Translations under genes and position numbers: made by a program
Shown here: positions 10,078-19,733 of the stretch, in pieces
How positions within the stretch are numbered: the stretch's first letter is position 1
How the letters are laid out: every line of letters begins with the position of its first letter
Notes under the pieces: generated by a model
Seen by the model: the letters and a program-made list of their open reading frames with translations, nothing else
Databases searched by the model: none
Told to the model about the DNA's origin: nothing
Assembly: GCA_963819735.1 (NCBI GenBank)
Contig: CAWFXC010000005.1
Location: 425,825-489,824 of the forward strand
DNA: 64,000 bases
Source: an uncultured Actinomycetes bacterium
Lineage (GTDB): Bacteria; Actinomycetota; Acidimicrobiia; IMCC26256; DASPTH01
Direction of reading: 5' to 3'

Positions 10078-10512
10078 TTACGGGTGGGGTCCGAGGCGGA
10101 CCCGAGCGGTGCCGTCGGTCGTGTTCTGGGCGACGAGTTCGAACGCGCGGGACGCGAACCGCCAGGTGGTGTCGGATTCCAGGCGCAGTTCGTCGTGGTA
10201 CACGCCGATGAGCTCGCTTCGGGTGCCGTCCGGGCGCCACTGCGATTCGCGCACCTGCCATTCCGCGCGCACCTGTCGGCCGTCGATGTCGTGGACCTGC
10301 CCGTTGAGGATCTCTTGGACGCAGAGTGGGTACTCGCCGCGGATGCGAGCAAAGGTGCGGGCGATCTCGGCGCGCCCCGAGATGGTTCCTTCACCGGGTA
10401 TCGACCACGTCGCGTCGGAGGTCCAGGTGCCGGCGAAGCCGTCGACGTCGACGCGGAGGACCGCGTCGCAGTAGCGCCCGACCAGGTTGTAGGCGTGCTC
10501 GAAGGTGCTCAT
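10078..10512 (-). CDS. SnoaL-like / NTF2-fold protein
   Basis: 144 aa, FEHAYNLVGRYCDAVLRVDVDGFAGTWTSDATW ... The gene is coupled to the upstream gene by an ATGA overlap (10509-10512). Confidence 0.75.
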   Translation of the reverse strand: MSTFEHAYNLVGRYCDAVLRVDVDGFAGTWTSDATWSIPGEGTISGRAEIARTFARIRGEYPLCVQEILNGQVHDIDGRQVRAEWQVRESQWRPDGTRSELIGVYHDELRLESDTTWRFASRAFELVAQNTTDGTARVRLGPHP

Positions 10513-11216
10513 GAACGCGGCATCCAGTTGTGCACCGCGACCAGATGGGACCGCATGCGGCGGGTGGCCGCTTCGACATCGCGGTCGAGGATCGCCTTGG
10601 TGATCGCGGCATGCGCCCGGTGGGATGCGCGCATGTGGTCGTCGAGTGCCGGCGCGAGGCGTTGCAGCTCGGGTCGCGAGTACTCATCGCTGAGCGAGAT
10701 CAAAACGTCGAGAAAGAGCGCGAGCGGGCGGTTGCCCGACAGCTCGGCGATGGCGGTGTGCAGCGCGGTGGTGTGGCCGGGTACGTCTTCGGTGACGTCC
10801 CCGCCTTCCGCCGCGAGGACGGTGCGCAGCCGCTGCGCGCCGCCATCGTCGAGACGCGTGATGGTTCGTTCGAGGATGCCGAGCTCGAGTTCGATCCGTG
10901 CCTCGTAGAGCTCGTCGACTTCCACTCCGGCGTAGCGGAGGTGGACTGCTGCGGCCTGCGCGACGGCGCGCGACTGCGGCGCGGTCACGACCAGGCCGCC
11001 GCGTCGTCCCTCCCGCATCCGAGCCGAGCCCAGGTGCTCGAGAATGCGGACCGCTTCTCGGAACGAGTTGCGGCTCACCTCGTAGCGTTCCATCAGCTCG
11101 GGTTCGGTCCCCAGGAGCTCACCGACCGGCCAGCCGGCGGATGCGATGTCGTCGACGACGCGTCGAGCGAGCCGTTCGCCGACCTTCTCCGGCGCGAGAG
11201 CGGGCGCGTCGATCAT
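10509..11216 (-). CDS. GntR-family transcriptional regulator, FadR/FCD subfamily
   Basis: From ATG 11216: the winged HTH reads GELLGTEPELMERYEVSRNSFREAVRILEHLGSARMREGRRGGLVV, followed by an all-helical FCD-like C-terminal domain. Confidence 0.85.
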   Translation of the reverse strand: MIDAPALAPEKVGERLARRVVDDIASAGWPVGELLGTEPELMERYEVSRNSFREAVRILEHLGSARMREGRRGGLVVTAPQSRAVAQAAAVHLRYAGVEVDELYEARIELELGILERTITRLDDGGAQRLRTVLAAEGGDVTEDVPGHTTALHTAIAELSGNRPLALFLDVLISLSDEYSRPELQRLAPALDDHMRASHRAHAAITKAILDRDVEAATRRMRSHLVAVHNWMPRS

Positions 11217-11974
11217 CGGGCGAGCCACTGCTCCAGGGTCGCGTCCTCCCAGTCGTCGGGGCCGTAGACGGTCTTGGGGAGGGGCGTCATGATGTGCGTG
11301 GCGCCGCCGAGGGTGTAGCCGGCGGAGCGACGTTCCCATTCGCTGATCCGATCGTCATGCTCACCTTCCTCACTGAGGCCCCGCGTCGTGTCGCGGCTGG
11401 CCAGGAATTGCGTGCGCGACGCGATGTCGGTCGCCCAGACCATGACGACCTCGTGGGGGTTCTCCACCACCTCGTAGATGCCGGTCGGTTCGTGCCCGTA
11501 GTCGCGCATCATCGGCACGCGTTCCTCCGCGACGTGGTCGAGAAACTCGAGCGCGCTCCCGGCTCGGACCTGCAGGATCTCGTTGACGAACAACGTGCCC
11601 TTGACGCCTCGTGCGCGTAGATCCTCGGTGTTCGGGCTCCCGGGGACTCCGGCGCAGAGCCGGTCGAAGCCGCCGGTGCGCCACTGCGCCGCCTTGTCCC
11701 ACCACTCCCCGTAGAAGGCTCGGCGTCGCTTCAGGTTCAGCCGGTCGACGTTCTTCGCCCACCCCGTCCAGCCCTCCGCGCCGACATCCCAGATGTTGAT
11801 CACCTGCGGCCACCGGCCCCCGCCGAACGCGCAGACGTAGAACGAGCCCTGGAGCTTGTCCATCTCGGGCATGTCCTGGACCGGGTCCTTCCACAGGTGC
11901 TCCATGTACTCGTACTGGCCCTGGCCGACGATGTCGATCACCTCGTAGAGATACAGGTCTCGTTGCGCGCCCAT
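11213..11974 (-). CDS. conserved hypothetical protein, possibly a tandem NIPSNAP-like (dimeric alpha/beta barrel) protein
   Basis: 253 aa from ATG 11974 with an aggag SD. Amino-acid composition is coding-like, and an ATGA overlap couples it to the GntR gene. The family assignment is tentative. Confidence 0.6.
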   Translation of the reverse strand: MGAQRDLYLYEVIDIVGQGQYEYMEHLWKDPVQDMPEMDKLQGSFYVCAFGGGRWPQVINIWDVGAEGWTGWAKNVDRLNLKRRRAFYGEWWDKAAQWRTGGFDRLCAGVPGSPNTEDLRARGVKGTLFVNEILQVRAGSALEFLDHVAEERVPMMRDYGHEPTGIYEVVENPHEVVMVWATDIASRTQFLASRDTTRGLSEEGEHDDRISEWERRSAGYTLGGATHIMTPLPKTVYGPDDWEDATLEQWLAR

Positions 11975-12097
11975 GACGACTCCTCTCGTTTCCGCACTCG
12001 TGCGGCGTCTTCTACGGACCAGGCAGATAAATAGGGTACTAGTTCTGCCCTCAGGCCGCGGTGGCCGAGATTCATACACGTGTTGTAATCTTCGCGC

Positions 12098-13072
12098 ATG
12101 ACGGCCGAGGGGGTACTGCGCACCACGGGCGCCATCCCCGTGCCGCAGTCGGTCAGCGCCCACGCGCAAGCGGTGCTGGCCGCCGCCGGCGGGATGGTGC
12201 AGCGCGGTGATGCGCCGAACCCGCCCCGCGACGATCTCGACGCGTGGAAGGCGCACATCGCCACCATGGAGCGCGCGTTGTGCGCGGCGATGGAGCGACG
12301 CAACGGCGCCAGCACCACGACGGTCGAGTCCATCACCGTCGCTGGCGTGCCCGTGTTCGACCTCGTGCCGGACGGAGCCGGCACCGGGCCCGACGCGCCG
12401 ATCTACCTGGACCTTCACGGCGGGGCGTTCATCGCCGGTGGCGGCGACTCGTGTCGCGCGATGGCGATCGGGGCCACCGATCGAGTTCGCATGCACGTAT
12501 GGTCCCCCGACTACCGCATGCCGCCCGACCATCCGTTCCCCGCCTCGCTCGACGACTGTCTCGCGGTGTACCGCGCGCTACTCGAGCAGTGGCCCGCGGC
12601 GCGGGTCGTCGTCGGCGGCGCGTCGGCCGGTGGCAACCTCGCGGCCGCGCTCCTGTTGCGCGCCCGGGAAGCAGGCCTTCCGTTCCCTGCCGCCCTCGTG
12701 CTGCTCTCGCCGGCGTCGGACCTCACCGAGTCGGGCGACACGTTCCAGACCAACTTCGGCATCGACACCGTGCTCACCCGCCGGGTCGACGACCTGATCT
12801 GGCTCTACGCGCGCGACCACGATCTCGCCGACCCTCTGATCTCGCCGCTCTTCGGCGATCTCGCGTGGTTCCCGCCCACGTTCCTCCAGAGTGGAACGCG
12901 CGATCTCTTGCTGTCGAACACGGTGCGCATGCACCGCAAACTCCGGGCCGCCGGAGTCGAGGCCGATCTCCACGTGTTCGAAGCGATGCCGCACGGCGGG
13001 TTCTGGGGCGCGCCGGAAGATCTCGAGATGGCCGAAGAACTGCGGCGGTTCCTCGCCGCGCACGTGCACTGA
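12098..13072 (+). CDS. alpha/beta-hydrolase fold-3 esterase/lipase (HSL-like), copy A
   Basis: The oxyanion motif LHGGAF, the nucleophile elbow GASAGGN and the C-terminal FEAMPHGF are present. It is a paralog of 15079-16065. Confidence 0.9.
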   Translation: MTAEGVLRTTGAIPVPQSVSAHAQAVLAAAGGMVQRGDAPNPPRDDLDAWKAHIATMERALCAAMERRNGASTTTVESITVAGVPVFDLVPDGAGTGPDAPIYLDLHGGAFIAGGGDSCRAMAIGATDRVRMHVWSPDYRMPPDHPFPASLDDCLAVYRALLEQWPAARVVVGGASAGGNLAAALLLRAREAGLPFPAALVLLSPASDLTESGDTFQTNFGIDTVLTRRVDDLIWLYARDHDLADPLISPLFGDLAWFPPTFLQSGTRDLLLSNTVRMHRKLRAAGVEADLHVFEAMPHGGFWGAPEDLEMAEELRRFLAAHVH

Positions 13073-13095
13073 TCGAAGCACACATCGGGGGAGTG

Positions 13096-14355
13096 ATGAG
13101 GAAGCAGTCGTCGAAGAAGTGGGCCGTTGCCGCGCTCGCCGTCGTAGCCGGAGTGGTGGGTGCGTTGCTCATCCCGGCGGTCGGGCCGGCCGGTGCCGCG
13201 CAGAAGGTGCGCGGTATCGAGGGGAACACGATCGTCGTGGGTGGCCTGGCGAACGTCGCGAGCTTCGCCGACGCGGCGGTTGGCGCGCAGGCCCGGTTCA
13301 CCCGCGCCAACAAGACCAACGAGGTCAAGCCGTTCACGTTCAAATTCGTCGGCCTCGCCGACGACAAGAACGACCCTGCCACCGCGCTGTCGGAGACCCG
13401 GCGACTCGTCACGCAGGAAGACATCTTCGCGTTGGTGCCCGACGATTCGATCGCCACACCGACCGACTATCTGACCCCGCAGAAGGTGCCGTGGTTCGGC
13501 GCGGGCTACGACAGCACCTATTGCAGCGAAGGCCCGCCCGTGTGGGGCTTCGGGGTGAACGGTTGCTTGTTGCCGCCCGACCCGACCCGGCTCCCGAACC
13601 AGAGTGCCACGCAACTGAAAGCCGAATTGGCCAAGAAGGGGATCACCAAGCCGACGATCGCGTTCATCGCGGCGGATTCGCAGTCGGGGAAGACCGGGAT
13701 GCGGCTCACCGCTTCGACCTACGCGGGCGCGGGTTGGAACGTCGTCTACGCCAAGGCCCTGGTGCCGGCGCCGCCGGCGGTGGTCGGCGACTACTCGCCC
13801 TACGCGCAGGCGCTCCTCACCTCGAACAACGGCAAGCAACCCGACGTGATCACGTCGAGCGTCGCGCCGTCAGGATCGCTGGCGCTGTTCAACCTCCTGA
13901 AGTCGAGCGGGTTCACCGGCTCGTTGTTGTCGCCCTTCTACTCGAATGCCCTCCTCAAAGTGCTGACTGGCGCGTACGTGACCACGACGTACGCTCCCTT
14001 CGAATCGCAGTCGAAGAACATGGATCAGATGAAGGCTGACATCCAGGCGGTGAAACCGGGCGCGAGCTACTCGGTAGCAATCGCTGGCGGGTATCTGGCC
14101 GCCGACATGTTCATCCAAGCGCTCAAGCACGCCGGGAAGAATCCCACTCCCCAGAGTGTGCAGAAGGCCGCAGCCAAGATGACCTACCAGCTGCCGGGCG
14201 TCGTCGGGCCGGTGAAGTATCCACAGTCGTTCAAGTTCGGGCTGCCGAGCTGCTCGTCACTGTTGACCGATCCCGACGGCACCGGGTTCACGATCCTCGC
14301 GCCGTACAGCTGCACCACGAAGACCTACCCGATCCTGAAGAAGTTCTCCGGGTAG
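13096..14355 (+). CDS. secreted type-I (LivJ-like) ABC-transporter substrate-binding protein, copy A; no permease or ATPase nearby
   Basis: ATG 13096 follows a gggggag SD. The signal peptide reads MRKQSSKKWAVAALAVVAGVVGALLIPAVGPAGAAQ, followed by the body of a periplasmic binding protein. The ORF-track entry is over-extended to 12244. Confidence 0.85.
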   Translation: MRKQSSKKWAVAALAVVAGVVGALLIPAVGPAGAAQKVRGIEGNTIVVGGLANVASFADAAVGAQARFTRANKTNEVKPFTFKFVGLADDKNDPATALSETRRLVTQEDIFALVPDDSIATPTDYLTPQKVPWFGAGYDSTYCSEGPPVWGFGVNGCLLPPDPTRLPNQSATQLKAELAKKGITKPTIAFIAADSQSGKTGMRLTASTYAGAGWNVVYAKALVPAPPAVVGDYSPYAQALLTSNNGKQPDVITSSVAPSGSLALFNLLKSSGFTGSLLSPFYSNALLKVLTGAYVTTTYAPFESQSKNMDQMKADIQAVKPGASYSVAIAGGYLAADMFIQALKHAGKNPTPQSVQKAAAKMTYQLPGVVGPVKYPQSFKFGLPSCSSLLTDPDGTGFTILAPYSCTTKTYPILKKFSG

Positions 14356-14362
14356 GCGGCCG

Positions 14363-15037
14363 GTGAACACCCGCGTCCGCTCCACGGCCGGTCGGGAGAC
14401 CGCCGAGCTGTTGATGGTTACTGCGGAACGTCTCTTCGGCGAGTACGGCATCGACGCAGTGTCGCTGCGCCAGATTGCCGACGCGGCCGGGCAGCGCAAC
14501 CCCGCGGTCGTGCAGTACCACTTCGGTTCGCGCGACGGGCTCCTGCGCGCCATCGTGCAATTCCGCGCGCAACCGGCGAACAAACCGCGCGACGAGATGC
14601 TCGACGAGCTCGAGCAGTCGGGGGGAGTCGACGATCTCCCGGCACTGCTCGCGGCCGCAGTGGTGCCGTTGCTCGAGGTCCAGCCGCCCGACTCCCACTA
14701 CCTCCGTTTCGTGGCGCGTTCGCACGCGAACGCGACGCTCGCGCCGATCTACGGGGAAGTCGCCGGCGGCTTCGACAGCGTGCAGCGCATCAGTCGCTAC
14801 GTGACCCGTGCGCTGGCCGACCTTCCGGGGCCGTTGGCCGCGGCGCGCGTCTCGCTCGCGTTCGACCTGCTCCTGCAGTCGATCGCGAACTATCAGCAAC
14901 AGGTCGAGGAAGGTCATCCGCCGCCGCTCCCGTTCGACCTCTTTCTCGACGATCTGCTCTCGGCGGTCGCGGGGTTTCTCCGGGCGCCGGTCCCGCCCGA
15001 CGCCAAGGCGCGGTTGCGCCGGGCGCGCGCGAAGTAG
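14363..15037 (+). CDS. TetR-family transcriptional regulator
   Basis: The N-terminal HTH reads LLMVTAERLFGEYGIDAVSLRQIADAAGQRNPAVVQYHFGSRDGLL. Confidence 0.88.
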   Translation: MNTRVRSTAGRETAELLMVTAERLFGEYGIDAVSLRQIADAAGQRNPAVVQYHFGSRDGLLRAIVQFRAQPANKPRDEMLDELEQSGGVDDLPALLAAAVVPLLEVQPPDSHYLRFVARSHANATLAPIYGEVAGGFDSVQRISRYVTRALADLPGPLAAARVSLAFDLLLQSIANYQQQVEEGHPPPLPFDLFLDDLLSAVAGFLRAPVPPDAKARLRRARAK

Positions 15038-15078
15038 CAGTGTCGCAGTGGTCGTCGGCGGCGAAGGGGAGCAACGAG

Positions 15079-16065
15079 ATGACGGACACCGCGAAACCCG
15101 AAGCGATGCAGGTGACGAGGACCATCCCCGTCCCCACCTCGGTGAGCCCGGAGGCGCAGGCCGCACTCGCCGCCGGTGGGCTCATGCCGCGCCGAGGTGC
15201 GAGCCCGGCGCTCGACGACCACGACGGGTGGAAGGCGCAGATCGCCGCGACCGACGCCGGCATCCTCGCCATGATCGGGCCGCGCGCCGCCGATGCGGCA
15301 GTCGAGGTGGAATCGACCACGATCGGCGGCGTGCCGGTGTTCGTGCTCACGCCCCACGGCGTCGACGCCGGGCCGAGCGCGCCGGTGTACCTCGACATCC
15401 ACGGCGGTGCGTTGATCGCCGGCGGCGGTGACGCGTGCCGCGCGATGGCGACCCAGTCGGCCGATCGCAGCCGCATGCACATGTGGTCGGTCGACTATCG
15501 CATGCCGCCCGACCACCCGTACCCCGCCTCCCTCGACGACTGTCTCACCGTGTACCGCGTGTTGCTCGAGCACAAGGCACCGGAGCTCATCGCGGTGGGC
15601 GGCGCGTCGGCGGGTGGCAACCTCGCACCCGCGCTGATGCTGCGGGCGTTGGCCGAAGGCCTCCCCATGCCGGCGTGCCTCGTGCTCCTCACCCCCGAGG
15701 TCGACCTCACCGAATCGGGCGACACGTTCGAGACGAATGCCGGCGTCGACACCGTGTTGCCCAGCCGGCTCGGAGAGTCGATCGCGCTGTACGCGAACGG
15801 CCACGACCTCACCGATCCGCTGCTCTCGCCGTTGTTCGGTGAGCTCTCCCGGTTCCCGCCGACGTTTCTGCAGTCGGGCACCCGTGACCTGTTCCTCTCG
15901 AACACCGTGCGGATGCACCGGGCGTTGCGCAACGTGGGGGTCGACGCCGAGCTGCACGTGTTCGAAGCGATGCCCCACGGCGGGTTCGGGGGCGCACCGG
16001 AAGACGCCGAGCTGGCCGCCGAACTCCGCCGGTTCCTCGCGCGGCACCTGGCGAAGACCGACTAG
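15079..16065 (+). CDS. alpha/beta-hydrolase fold-3 esterase/lipase, copy B
   Basis: IHGGAL, GASAGGN and FEAMPHGGF are present. ATG 15079 has an aagggga SD and aligns with the start of copy A. The ORF track starts the gene at 15040. Confidence 0.88.
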   Translation: MTDTAKPEAMQVTRTIPVPTSVSPEAQAALAAGGLMPRRGASPALDDHDGWKAQIAATDAGILAMIGPRAADAAVEVESTTIGGVPVFVLTPHGVDAGPSAPVYLDIHGGALIAGGGDACRAMATQSADRSRMHMWSVDYRMPPDHPYPASLDDCLTVYRVLLEHKAPELIAVGGASAGGNLAPALMLRALAEGLPMPACLVLLTPEVDLTESGDTFETNAGVDTVLPSRLGESIALYANGHDLTDPLLSPLFGELSRFPPTFLQSGTRDLFLSNTVRMHRALRNVGVDAELHVFEAMPHGGFGGAPEDAELAAELRRFLARHLAKTD

Positions 16066-16086
16066 CCCGTCGCCGATCATCGGGTT

Positions 16087-17607
16087 CTACGGGGACGGGA
16101 GGCGCAGCGCGAGGAGTTGTGGTGTCTTGGTCTGGCCGACGGGGATGTAGATCGTGTCCCCGACCGGGGTGAGCCAGCCGTTGATGCCGCCGCCCGCCTT
16201 GTGCTGCCAGACGATCTTGCCCGTGTCGCGTCGCAGGCCGATGACGGTGCCGTCGAGGAGCGCGGTGAACACGAGGTTGTTCACGAGGGTGGTGCCGCCC
16301 AGCGGATCACCGGGGACCTTCGTGTCCCAGACGATCTTCCCGCGCCTCGCGTCGACGGCGACGACTTCACCAGGGTGAGTTCCGAGTTGGCCGCCGAAGT
16401 AGGCGGTCTTGTCGGGTTGCAGCGTTGACGGCGCGTTGAGCGTCGCGACGTAGACGATCCCGGCCGCGGTGGCCGGTGGCGTCTCGACCCCGCCGTAGGT
16501 GCCGGGAGACACCGTGGTGGGTCCCTGCAGCACGAGGTCCGTGTCGTGCGCGTGCACGCCCACTGATCGTTGCCACAACACGCGCCCGGTGGCGGGGTCG
16601 AGGCCGAGGACCTCGCCCGACTTGCCCGCGCTGACCACCACTTCGCGCCCGTTGGCGAGTCGAGCGAGCAGGACGTGTACCTGATCGCGGTCGTAGAGGT
16701 CGTGTTTGGTCACCTGGTGGTACCAGCGCAGCCGGCCGGTGTCGACGTCGAGGGCGACGACGGAATCGGTGTAGAGATTGTCGCCCGGACGACTCGTGCC
16801 GTTCGGGAACGCGGTGGTCCCGGGAAACGGCGCGGGGTTCGCGGTGCCGAAGAACACGATTCGTCGTTTGGTGTCGATGGCAGGCGGATACCACGCACCA
16901 CCGCCGGAGTTGACCTCCGGATGACCCCAGAGATCACCCTTCACGGTGTCGAAGGACCAGCGCACGGTACCGGTCGCGGCGTCGAGCGCGTAGATCGTGC
17001 CGCGGTCGCCGGGCTTGTAGATCCCGGCGATGCTCACCGGCACGGTCGAGGCGAAGACGATTCCGTCGAACACCGTCGGTTGAATGTCGACGCCCAGGGT
17101 CTTCGTGGTCGAGAGCCGGGTGCGCCACAACTGCTTCCCCGTGCTCTGGTCGAGCGCCAGCACGCCGTCGGATCCGGCGTCGGCGAACACGCGCCCGCCG
17201 GCGATCGCGACGCCGAACGGACCGATGTTGAAACCGGTCGCGGGGCTGGTCCAACGCGTCGCGCCGGTGTCGGCGTCGAGCGCGACGACTGCGCCGAGAC
17301 CTCCTTGCAGGAACACCGTGTGGTCGACGACGACGGGTGCCGTCGACAACGCCGAGAAGCCGGGGAGGTCAGTGGTGAATGCAGGATCGAGTCGGTCGAC
17401 GTTCGCAGCCGTGATCGAGCTGCCGACGGCGGCACGCGTGTTGTCGAGGTTCTGACCCGCGAGCGGCCAATCGGCCGCCGCGGAGGACCCGGGTTCGGAG
17501 CCCGTCGGGGGTGCCGCCGAACTCGCCCCCGCCTTCGCGCCGGTGCTCGAGGCGAAGCCGCCGAGCAGGCAGCACACGACCAGTGCGATGCCGGTCAGTC
17601 GGGCCAC
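16087..17607 (-). CDS. secreted PQQ-like beta-propeller repeat protein
   Basis: 506 aa. The signal peptide reads MARLTGIALVVCCLLGGFASS. After it come repeated blade motifs with W-containing patterns (ATRWTS, KQLWRTR, TVRWSF, RLRWYH, RVLWQR, KIVWDT, KIVWQH). Confidence 0.8.
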   Translation of the reverse strand: MARLTGIALVVCCLLGGFASSTGAKAGASSAAPPTGSEPGSSAAADWPLAGQNLDNTRAAVGSSITAANVDRLDPAFTTDLPGFSALSTAPVVVDHTVFLQGGLGAVVALDADTGATRWTSPATGFNIGPFGVAIAGGRVFADAGSDGVLALDQSTGKQLWRTRLSTTKTLGVDIQPTVFDGIVFASTVPVSIAGIYKPGDRGTIYALDAATGTVRWSFDTVKGDLWGHPEVNSGGGAWYPPAIDTKRRIVFFGTANPAPFPGTTAFPNGTSRPGDNLYTDSVVALDVDTGRLRWYHQVTKHDLYDRDQVHVLLARLANGREVVVSAGKSGEVLGLDPATGRVLWQRSVGVHAHDTDLVLQGPTTVSPGTYGGVETPPATAAGIVYVATLNAPSTLQPDKTAYFGGQLGTHPGEVVAVDARRGKIVWDTKVPGDPLGGTTLVNNLVFTALLDGTVIGLRRDTGKIVWQHKAGGGINGWLTPVGDTIYIPVGQTKTPQLLALRLPSP

Positions 17608-17856
17608 GCTTCCCCCTTGGTCGACTCGATCGCCGTCAGCCCCGGCGACGCCGGGCGCCGATGCTTACACCAAGCACCGGGAATCGATGCCCCTCGCGCA
17701 CCGGATCAAGCCTCTGACCTGCACGTTCGCGGGGGACTGGAGTCCGAGTCACGAGACTGTGCAGCCCCGCGCGGACTTGGTGCGGGAACCCAGTTAGCCT
17801 GCGGGACGTTCTTGTACCGATCGGTCGGATCCAAGCCGTTCCGGTAGGACGCACAC

Positions 17857-19131
17857 ATGGGGGGAACCATGAGGACAGGCACTCGGAGCCGCGCCCGGCT
17901 GGCGACGTCCGCGGTCGTGGTGGTGGTCGCGCTGAGCGCGACGCTGCTCGCCTCGGTTCCGGCGGGGGCGGCGCGTTCGGTGCGCGGATTCGACGGCACC
18001 ACGCTGAAGGTGGCCGGTCTCGGCATCGCCGCGCAGCTGCCCACGGCGGAGACCGGCGCGCGGGCGCGTATCCAGCGCTTCAACGACAACAACGAGATCA
18101 AGGGCGTCAAGATCCAGTACGTCGAGTTCGCCGACGACAAGCAGGACCCGGCCACCGCGCTGAGCGAAGCGCGCCGGCTCGTCAGCCAGGACCAGGTGTT
18201 CGCGATCGTGGGCGACGTCTCGCAGTACAACCCGGTTGAATATCTCTCGCAGCAGCACGTGCCGTACTTCGGGTGGGCGTTCGACGCCACCTACTGCAGC
18301 TCCAAGCCGACCACCACGTTGTGGGGTTTCGGGTTCAACGGCTGCAGCGTCCCGGCGACGCCGTCGTTCCTGACCAACACCGCCGCTTCGATCTACGCGT
18401 ACGCGAGCAAGCAGACGGGCAAGCCGCACCCGACTGCGGTGCTGGTCGGCAACGACACCACCTCGAGCAAGAACGCGGGGAAGCACTCGGTGATCGTGTT
18501 CACCGGTGCCGGCTTCAAGGTGGTGGCGAACCAGACGAGCATGCCGGTGCCCCCGATCGCGGACTACACGCCGTACGCGCAGGCCGCGTTGACCGGCGAC
18601 AACGGGAAGGCACCCGACGTGATCGCGTGCCTGCTCGCGACCGACTGCATCCCGATGTACAACCTGATCAAGGCCAACGGGTACAAGGGCATCTTCATGA
18701 GCTCGCTGTACTCGAACCTGCTGGTGAACAACATGAACGGCAGTGCGGTCAACACTGCGTTCGTGAACCCGCTCGAGAGCAACCCCGGAATGGACCAGAT
18801 GAAGAAGGACCTCGACGCGGTCAAGCCGGGTGAGGGTGCGAAGGTCGACTCCGGCACCATCGCCGGGTACACGTCGACCGACATGTTCATCCAGGCGCTC
18901 AAGACGGCGGCGAAGAAGGGCAAGGCGAACATCACCCCTGAGGCAGTGCAGAAGGCCGCCTCGGTGCAGACCTGGCAGCTGAAAGGCGTCGCCGGACCGG
19001 TCGCCTACCCGAAGTCCACGGTCGCCAGCTACCCGGCCTGCAGCAGCCTCTACGTGAGCGACGGCACGAACTGGAACACCACCGAGCCGTACACGTGCTC
19101 GAACCAGACGTTCAAGGTGCCGAAGGGCTGA
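17857..19131 (+). CDS. secreted type-I (LivJ-like) ABC-transporter substrate-binding protein, copy B; orphan
   Basis: A signal peptide is followed by ARSVRGFDGTTLKVAG. It shares blocks with copy A, for example DDKQDPATALSEARRLVSQDQVFAIV. The alternative start ATG 17869 has a better SD. Confidence 0.85.
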   Translation: MGGTMRTGTRSRARLATSAVVVVVALSATLLASVPAGAARSVRGFDGTTLKVAGLGIAAQLPTAETGARARIQRFNDNNEIKGVKIQYVEFADDKQDPATALSEARRLVSQDQVFAIVGDVSQYNPVEYLSQQHVPYFGWAFDATYCSSKPTTTLWGFGFNGCSVPATPSFLTNTAASIYAYASKQTGKPHPTAVLVGNDTTSSKNAGKHSVIVFTGAGFKVVANQTSMPVPPIADYTPYAQAALTGDNGKAPDVIACLLATDCIPMYNLIKANGYKGIFMSSLYSNLLVNNMNGSAVNTAFVNPLESNPGMDQMKKDLDAVKPGEGAKVDSGTIAGYTSTDMFIQALKTAAKKGKANITPEAVQKAASVQTWQLKGVAGPVAYPKSTVASYPACSSLYVSDGTNWNTTEPYTCSNQTFKVPKG

Positions 19132-19252
19132 CCGAACCGAACCCCTCGCCTCCCGGCATCGCCGACGAGGACCGAATCGACGCCGACCGGGGGAGCGCGC
19201 GACGCTCTCCGCGACTCACTGCCGTCGCCTGCCCGCGGGCCGGCCGCTCATC

Positions 19253-19708
19253 GTGGAGAACCTCATGAACCAGCAGGAAGTGGCCGACCTGGTCGAGATC
19301 CACCAGATGGCGGCGCGCTACATGGCGCTCTCGGCCCGCAAGGAGCAGGACATGTCGCGCTGGCTCGAGGTCTTCACTGCCGACGGCGAGTACAACGCGT
19401 TCGGTACGCCCTACGGCCTCGACGAGTTCCCGATGCTGCTCAACAGTGCGCCCCCCGGGCAGTACATCGGCAACATGCCCGTCGTCGAGTTCCACGGCGA
19501 CACTGCGACCGGTGTGCAGCACTACGTGTTCATCGACCAGACGAACCACAAGATGCGCCTCGCCTGGTACAGCGACGAGTACGTGCGCACGGAGAACGGT
19601 TGGCGCATCCGGAAGCGGTCGACCACCTTCATGCGTCGCGACGGCTCGTACGACCACGGCAACGAACACGATCCCGCGCGCTACGTCGGCGGCAAGGAGA
19701 CCGAGTAG
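19253..19708 (+). CDS. SnoaL-like / NTF2-fold protein
   Basis: VADLVEIHQMAARYMALSARKEQDMSRWLEVFTADGEY ... YVRTENGWRIRKR follows the SnoaL_4 pattern. Confidence 0.75.
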   Translation: MENLMNQQEVADLVEIHQMAARYMALSARKEQDMSRWLEVFTADGEYNAFGTPYGLDEFPMLLNSAPPGQYIGNMPVVEFHGDTATGVQHYVFIDQTNHKMRLAWYSDEYVRTENGWRIRKRSTTFMRRDGSYDHGNEHDPARYVGGKETE

Positions 19709-19733
19709 CGGAGCCGGCCGCCGGCCGCACCGT

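Noticed and set aside
12244-14355. 703-aa ORF suggesting a much larger binding protein
   Set aside because: The N-terminal 284 residues are Arg-rich and overlap the esterase A gene in another frame. A clean signal peptide begins at ATG 13096 just after a strong SD.
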